This document shows positions 56,254 to 64,000 of a stretch of DNA of 64,000 bases, in pieces. The number at the start of each line of letters is the position of its first letter. Within the stretch, counting starts at the first letter, position 1. The notes beneath the pieces were generated by a model, which was given only the letters and a program-made list of their open reading frames with translations, was not told the DNA's origin and searched no databases. The position numbers and the translations under genes are program-made. Source of the DNA: Octopus vulgaris (Eukaryota); NCBI GenBank assembly GCA_951406725.2, contig OX597832.1:31806001-31870000 (forward strand), given 5' to 3'.

Positions 56254-56358
56254 TATCATTACTAGTTTTAGTCATCAGCCCGCGGCCATGCTGGGGCACC
56301 GACAAAAGTGTGTGCATATGTGTTGGTATATTAATATATACAGGTGTTTGAATGCATA

Positions 56359-56466
<108 letters not shown>

Positions 56467-56530
56467 TGTATGTGTATGTATTTATACATGTACATTTATG
56501 CGTATTTATGTGTACGTACGTCTATATATA

Positions 56531-56585
<55 letters not shown>

Positions 56586-56972
56586 CATATATATATATTT
56601 ACATGGATATATGCACACGTATACATGCGCGCACACAGACATACACACACACACACACATAGTTACAGGCAGATGACGATGTCATGTCCAGAAAAGAGCG
56701 CAGTCGATAATTCGCATTCCATGAGCTTAACCGTGTTCTGCTCGTGCCTAAGACAAACCAATACAAAGACAATCCACACAAATTAGTTCACGCGCCAGTA
56801 ATCCAAGCAATGTTTCCTGTGGCGCTATAAGCTGCGCACTTCCGGTCGAATGGTGAAATTAATCTGAAGCTGGCGATGGCTAACCAAGGAGAAACAGGTT
56901 GTTTTAATAACTATGTCCTATTCGCCACAGCTTGCCATATACTGTCGTCATTCACGGCAACGTAGCACCACC

Positions 56973-57014
<42 letters not shown>

Positions 57015-57023
57015 TATTCATAT

Positions 57024-57074
<51 letters not shown>

Positions 57075-57142
57075 GTATATGTATATATATATATATATTT
57101 ACATATACATATATATATGTGTGTATGAGTATATATATGTAT

Positions 57143-57236
<94 letters not shown>

Positions 57237-57890
57237 ATATATGCATGCATAGGTATATCGATGTATGCTTTTGTGTCGGGTGTTTGTGTGAAACATTCAT
57301 ATATGTACATTCGATCACACGCACGAACACAAATCGTACACCCAACCACATCACTGAATGCGTTTAAGTGTATATACATGTATACGTGCATGTGAGTGTG
57401 CATTCGTGTGTGTGTGTGTGTGTGTGTTGTGTGTGTGTGTATGTGTTCTGAATGAGGAATCGATTGCTTTCGCCTCTATTGGTTTCGAAAGCATTATGCA
57501 ACATTTCGAAGCTCTGCATTTGAAGCGAGCTCTCACTCTGCAACCAAACGTATTTATTTGAATGGTCACCGACACCATTCGGCTTTTAGAGAGCTTATCA
57601 CGACTACACACACACACACACACACACAGGTAAACAGAACACATATATAAAAAAAACTTTCGACACGTATTTTGGAAGCTGAATGTGCTTATTATCAGGT
57701 TCATGTGCGGTACATTACCTGAAGCATCTTAATCGCAAGATAACACCTGGCACATGGAATGCCCAGAAGCAGCGCTGAGCAATGTGATGACTGAGTGGAA
57801 GACGATTTCTCCATGCTACATACCCTAATCCCCTTCACACCTAAGCTGCGGCAGGAACTTACATTTTAAATCCAATATTCACTGAGACGT

Positions 57891-58278
57891 AAGGCAGCGA
57901 GCTGGCAAAATCGTTAGCACGCCGGGCGTAATGCTTAGCGGTATTTCGTCTGCCGCTACGTTCTGAGTTCAAATTTCGCCGAGGTCGACTTTGCCTTTCA
58001 TCCTTTCAGGGTTGATTAAATAAGTACCAGTTACGCACTGGGGTCGATATAATCGACTTAATCTGTTTGTCTGTCCTCTCTGTGTTTAGCCCCTTGTGGG
58101 TACTAAAGAAATAAGTATTTCGTCTGTCTTTACGTTCGGGGGTTTAAATTCCGCCGATGTCGACTTTGCTTTTCATCGTTTCGGGGTCGATAAATTATGT
58201 ACTAGTTGCATACTGGGGGTCGATCTAATCCACAGGTACCCTTCCCCAAAATTTCGGGCCTTGTGCCTAGAGTAGAAA
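57891..58278 (+). mobile_element. SINE family B, dimeric, full length
   Basis: aaggcagcgagctggcaaaatcgttagcacgccgggc head with a duplicated B-box and body unit; colinear with 3415-3810. Confidence 0.9.
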
Positions 58279-58374
58279 TGAATATTCACTCAGGCGTATA
58301 TACAATGTTCCAAACCTACTCAAATTCGTAACGTAGATTTCGCCCTCATTTCTTTAATATCTTTATATAATAAT

Positions 58375-58578
58375 ACGGGTTTCAAATTTTACCACAATGC
58401 CAGAGATTTAAAAGAGCTAAATTTTGATTACATCGATTCAACTGGTACTTATTGTATTGACCCCAAAAGGATGAAACGCAAAGTGGACTCAGACTTCATT
58501 TGAACCCAGAATGTGCTGGTGGACGTAAAACCGCCACGCATTTTCCACGGCGAACTAACGATTCTGATACCTCGCCAC
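58375..58578 (-). mobile_element. SINE family B monomer-type copy (diverged)
   Basis: aactggtacttattgtattgaccccaaaaggatgaaacgcaaagt...ctaacgattctg. Confidence 0.7.
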
Positions 58579-58607
58579 CATCTGCAAAATAATATTGAAT
58601 ATATACT

Positions 58608-58679
<72 letters not shown>

Positions 58680-58680
<1 letters not shown>

Positions 58681-58900
58681 ATGTATGTGTTTGTTATTTG
58701 TGCCATTGTTTGTCCCCCTACCATCACTTGACAACCGATGCTGGTGTGTTTATGTCCCCGTCGGGTAGCGGTTCGTCAAAAGGTGAACGATAGAATAAGC
58801 ACTAGGCTTACAAAGAATAAGTCCTTAGGTCGATTTGTTCGACTAAAGGTAGTGTTCCAATCAAATGACTGGCGGCAGTCAAATGACTGAAACACGTAAC
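58680..58900 (+). mobile_element. SINE family A 3' half
   Basis: ttgacaaccgatgctggtgtgtttatgtccccg...gatagaataagcactaggcttacaaagaataagtcc...cagtcaaatgactgaaac; begins at (TA)n. Confidence 0.85.
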
Positions 58901-59873
58901 AAAAATATTTGACTTTGACCTGCAAGCAAAAACCGATGCCAAAATCAATCTAATGTTTTAAATTCTATAACCAAAAACCCTGTTGATCCGTATTGCAATT
59001 CCGCTTTGCACTTCCATAACTGCCACCCGACGTCTACTATAACCTTCAAAATATATCTAAAACTCTTCCTTCATTTCTTAGTTATCTGACCTTCGTGACT
59101 AAAAACTTCAATCTCCAAGGCACCTCTATGACAACACAACTTTCATCTTATTCTTTGAAAGCCACAGTAATCTCCATCTCATATATCACATTCTACATTT
59201 AAATGCTACGTTAGATAACAAACATAGTCTTCCTAAACTTACCTTTGTATATTTAACCAAGATTCACCTGTCGTTTACTACCAAAACGTCTTTCGCAAAT
59301 ATTTAAAACATATGGACAAATGTACTGACAACAGTCACTACATTATAATTATTAATTAAAATATAATTAGACAAATAAGTGGCACTCTGGAACCCGCATC
59401 TCGTAAACGTTAAATTTCCCACCATAATTTATGTGTTATGTAGCGATATTATTCCCAAGTTAAACATTGTGTGAACCACAATACCGTAGACTCTGTTTTA
59501 TTAGACAGAACTGAGAATCAGTTTCATTATGGAACCTGCTTATCATCTTCGCCGGTCTCTTTGTGTTCAATGTTTATCTCTTCAATGGCATAACCAATGT
59601 TATCGAGTCTGTGTCACTATCAATACTCGATAAATCTTTTTCACCATTCGAAGAATACCATATATATATATATATATACATATACATACATATACACACA
59701 CATACACACAAACACATATATATATACATATACATATACACATATATATCCATACATATTTATATATATATATGCGTATACATACATACATATACATACA
59801 TACACACATATATATATATACATTTATTATATAAGTCCCATATATATACACGTGCAAGTTTCTTATATAATAT

Positions 59874-59950
59874 TCGGTCCGATCAAGGCTTGGTCAGATG
59901 ATTTAGTAGACGGAACTGAAAGAAGCCCATCGTATATAGTAATGGACGAA

Positions 59951-59997
<47 letters not shown>

Positions 59998-60128
59998 TAT
60001 ATATTTATGCACGTGTTAGATGAGATAGATGCGGCTCGAAAAAGGCTGGAACCAGTTCCTTCGGCGAACAATTCTTCAAGGCGGTGCCAGCATGCCGCGT
60101 CGGTGACTGAAAACGTAGAAGATAAAAG
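59874..60128 (+). mobile_element. SINE family A remnant
   Basis: gtagacggaactgaaagaagcccatcgtat, (TA)n and tail aaggcggtgccagcatgccgc...tgactgaaa. Confidence 0.65.
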
Positions 60129-60854
60129 ACAAATACACATATACATATATGCACGCGCGCGTGTACATACAGAGAATTTCACGTTTCCCTCTAATTACAA
60201 AAGATTTTTCGTGAAATTCCGAGACGATCATTAATCGGGATAAAGGAGCCGACATCTTAATTGGTGGGAATATCTTACTTAAGAATCTCACACCCACTTC
60301 CACTTGGGGGAGGGAACCCTCGTGTATAAATGAAAGTAGTGAGTCGTTTGACCAGAAATAGCAGTCAATCAAATGAAACAAACGGAGAAACATAGTGGAT
60401 AAAACAATCTTAGATATATTGAATATAAACATGTGGGTGTTTTATCCATGTTTTTCCAGAATAGATTTCAGGTTAAACAATTACAACACACCAAAAGCAA
60501 TTACTCCGAGTGCAGTGTAAATACTCGTGTTAGCCTACATATAACACGACCTCCTATGTTTTATCTGTACACAAAATCCATAGTTTGCTCTCCACATGTT
60601 ATCAACACATTTTGTGTTAAACAATAAATATTTTGAAATTTCATAAATCTATAACCTTTGATTTAAATATAACTCGTCAGTGTAAGTTCTAATGCATGCA
60701 TACATAACTACACACACACACAGACAGACAGACATACACACATACGTACATACACACATACACAAACGTACATATATACTATATACATACATTTATACAT
60801 ACATGCATACATACTGATATATATGTATATATGTAGGTATATGTATGTATGTAC

Positions 60855-60891
<37 letters not shown>

Positions 60892-61060
60892 TGTATGTGC
60901 ATGTATGCATGCATGTATGTGTGTGTGTATGTTTGTGTGTTCATTTATATAATATATATAGACTTGTTTATTCATATATGTGTGTATATAAACAGATATA
61001 AATGCATATGTACACACACACATATATATATATATTCATATTATATAATATTATATATGC

Positions 61061-61128
<68 letters not shown>

Positions 61129-61778
61129 CATATATTCCATTTTCATATATATAACGTTGACACTGATGGAAAATTTAATATTATTTCTCAATTATATAAT
61201 CAATAATTTGTGTGTTGGGTGGGGGTAAAATTATACTTTGTTGAAACACAACAAAGAAAAATGAAAATAAAGTGTGCTGACATTTATTTTCTTCTATAAT
61301 ATCATAAAGACAAACTGGAAAACATCACACGTTGTATTTGACATTTTGAAAACCGACACTACCACTTCCCCTACGTCATATCCGGGTTAGCTTTTGATGT
61401 AGTCTCAGAGCTGAAAGGCATTCAACTAATTTGATACAGTGAAACACTTTTTCCCCGCGTGAGTTTAGGTCAGGCTTTTAGATGCAAGTCACTGGCATCG
61501 ATGCCCTGGTTATTGAGAAAGTTATTGTGTATACATACAAAGATTCTCAGTGGAAATATTGGAAACTGTGGGTGGGGTGGAGAATCAAAAGACAGCACAC
61601 ACGCCTCCACAAAACCTAAAGCAGACACAAACACGGACACACACACACACGAACACATAAACATACACACATACACACGTACAATCACGCACACATATGC
61701 AATCAGAGACAATACACAAACACAATCACGACAACGACACGCATACGAGCTTATGCGCTTATAAATATACGCTCAGAT

Positions 61779-61841
<63 letters not shown>

Positions 61842-62024
61842 CATATTTCAATGTATAACGTAATGGAATTATGTATATATATATTTATATATATATATAT
61901 TATATATATATTATATTATATTATATCATATATTAAATATTTATCATATACATGCATATATATATAAATGCAGTCCTCCAGCATGGCCACAGTGAAATGT
62001 CTGAAACAAGTAAAAGAGTGAAAG

Positions 62025-62112
<88 letters not shown>

Positions 62113-62182
62113 ATAACTAAACAATATCGCGTAATTTAATACATATATCAGAGGCAAATCTTTATTGCATTATATTTAGGTA

Positions 62183-62213
<31 letters not shown>

Positions 62214-62829
62214 ATGCATGTATATATGACTGAACGTATATATGCATGTATGTATATATGTGTGTAGACACATATACAGGCATGCATACATATATAATAG
62301 AGATTAAGCAAAATGATCGTTAACTTTCCTCCTATATGTTGTCATTTCTTAATCAGAAAATATCGACGCTAATTCCTACATATTCCCGTGCACGCTGAAA
62401 CCCATTCTCATATCTATCTATCCATCCATCCATCAATCTCTCCTTCTCTACACCCATCCATCCAGCCATTGGTTCATCCATCGATCCACACACACATGCA
62501 CCCACAAAATACACACCACACACACGTGTATTTAATCATACATATATACATACACTCATACATGCACACGCACACACACACAATAGTATGCCAGAGAATC
62601 TTCTCAAAACCTGACACCGATATCTTAGCATTATCTCAGCTTAATACGATTATTTGTAAGAAGGCAACCAACCAATGTCAATGTAAATAAATCTCCTTAA
62701 ACCATAAACCCACAAACACTTTCCACTTTACTGGGGTGACAGACAAATCAGAATAACGAAGCCAAGATAAAAAAAGAAATCTTCCAAACATAAAAAATAT
62801 ACATACATGCATACATATATATATATATA

Positions 62830-63050
62830 GTTAATCCAAACAAGAAAACAGAAAAAAACACAACAATGCGAGGACGTGGAACAAATATAGTATTATTGGA
62901 CGCTCAGGAAAGACGGAAAGAAGGAGGGTTTAACGTTTCGAGCGGAGCTCTTCGTCGGAAACATAGGAGAAGGAAAGATCCAGAGAAGGGAAGACAGAGG
63001 GAAAAAAATCGCCAACGGTACACACGAGGTCACATTTTGAAAGACCGGAA

Positions 63051-63052
<2 letters not shown>
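62830..63052 (-). mobile_element. Penelope-like terminal fragment in (TA)n with a hammerhead-like motif
   Basis: Minus strand reads tttccgacgaagagctccgctcgaaacgttaa (62929-62961); flanked by (TA)n. Confidence 0.55.
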
Positions 63053-63112
<60 letters not shown>

Positions 63113-63116
63113 GTAT

Positions 63117-63171
<55 letters not shown>

Positions 63172-64000
63172 TAGATATATAGATATACGGGACAATATCC
63201 AATGCAATTTTTTTTTCTTGTTATAAAGAAAAATAAATAAGCATGACCATTATCTACCCCTTATCATGTATATCACTCTCTGTAAAAACCAGTAAACTGT
63301 CAGCAAAACCTGGTTTTTCAACATAGAATGGTGAAGAACTATAACCTCAAATCTAAACAATATTGTTAACCTATTATACTAACAGAAACCTTATAAAGTA
63401 GTTTGTTAGGATTAACAAACACTCAATAATATATACATACATGTATACATACCCGCGTGCGCGCAAACACATATATCTGTGTGTAGCGAATGGAATATGT
63501 AAAGAAGCACGACATATGTTTCGGAGGGAAAGTGGCCAGAAGTTATGTGATATTAAGTTATTGCATACATGCTTGAGGTTAACAAATTGCCTGTACCACG
63601 ACCATTTTGGAAATCATCTGCCTATTACGTGCGCGCATGCACACGCACACATACACAGGTATATATGTACATACAAGCAAACATACACATATAAATATAT
63701 ATGTACATGTATACACACGTGCGCGCGCACACACACACACACACCATCACAAACACGCGCACCATCACAAACACGCCTCCCCGCACGGATATATACATTT
63801 TAGGATGATATTAAAATCAGGGCGATCTCCTCTTTTTTGCATGTCTGGACCACGTTGTGCAACATGCTTTTTCTTATTTAAGTCGTTATGATTTGAGAGA
63901 CAAATTGGTCTGTTGTTATCGTTGTATCTTGGAAGAATAGCCAAAATATTCCTTGTTTAGCGCTTAAACTTCTGTTTTTGGCACTGTAGTTCTTTAGAAT

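Overview
64 kb of AT-rich eukaryotic non-coding DNA saturated with microsatellites ((TA)n, (CA)n, (TACA)n, (TATC)n, (TAA)n, (GAA)n, (CTA)n), with one 100-N assembly gap. The repeat landscape resembles a cephalopod (octopus-like) genome; this is an inference. I can support no intact host protein-coding gene: nearly all listed ORFs are translated microsatellites. Supported content: many copies of several tRNA-headed SINE families; decayed R4/Dong-type (RT plus restriction-like endonuclease) LINEs beside (TAA)n; two mariner remnants; a 1188-bp solo LTR; a 5S-rRNA-like sequence fused to a SINE/LINE 3' tail. The most notable signal is a set of Penelope-like (PLE) terminal fragments carrying type-I minimal hammerhead ribozyme motifs. 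Two have an intact catalytic core and sit in long fold-back inverted repeats. All alignments and folds were done by eye and need computational confirmation.
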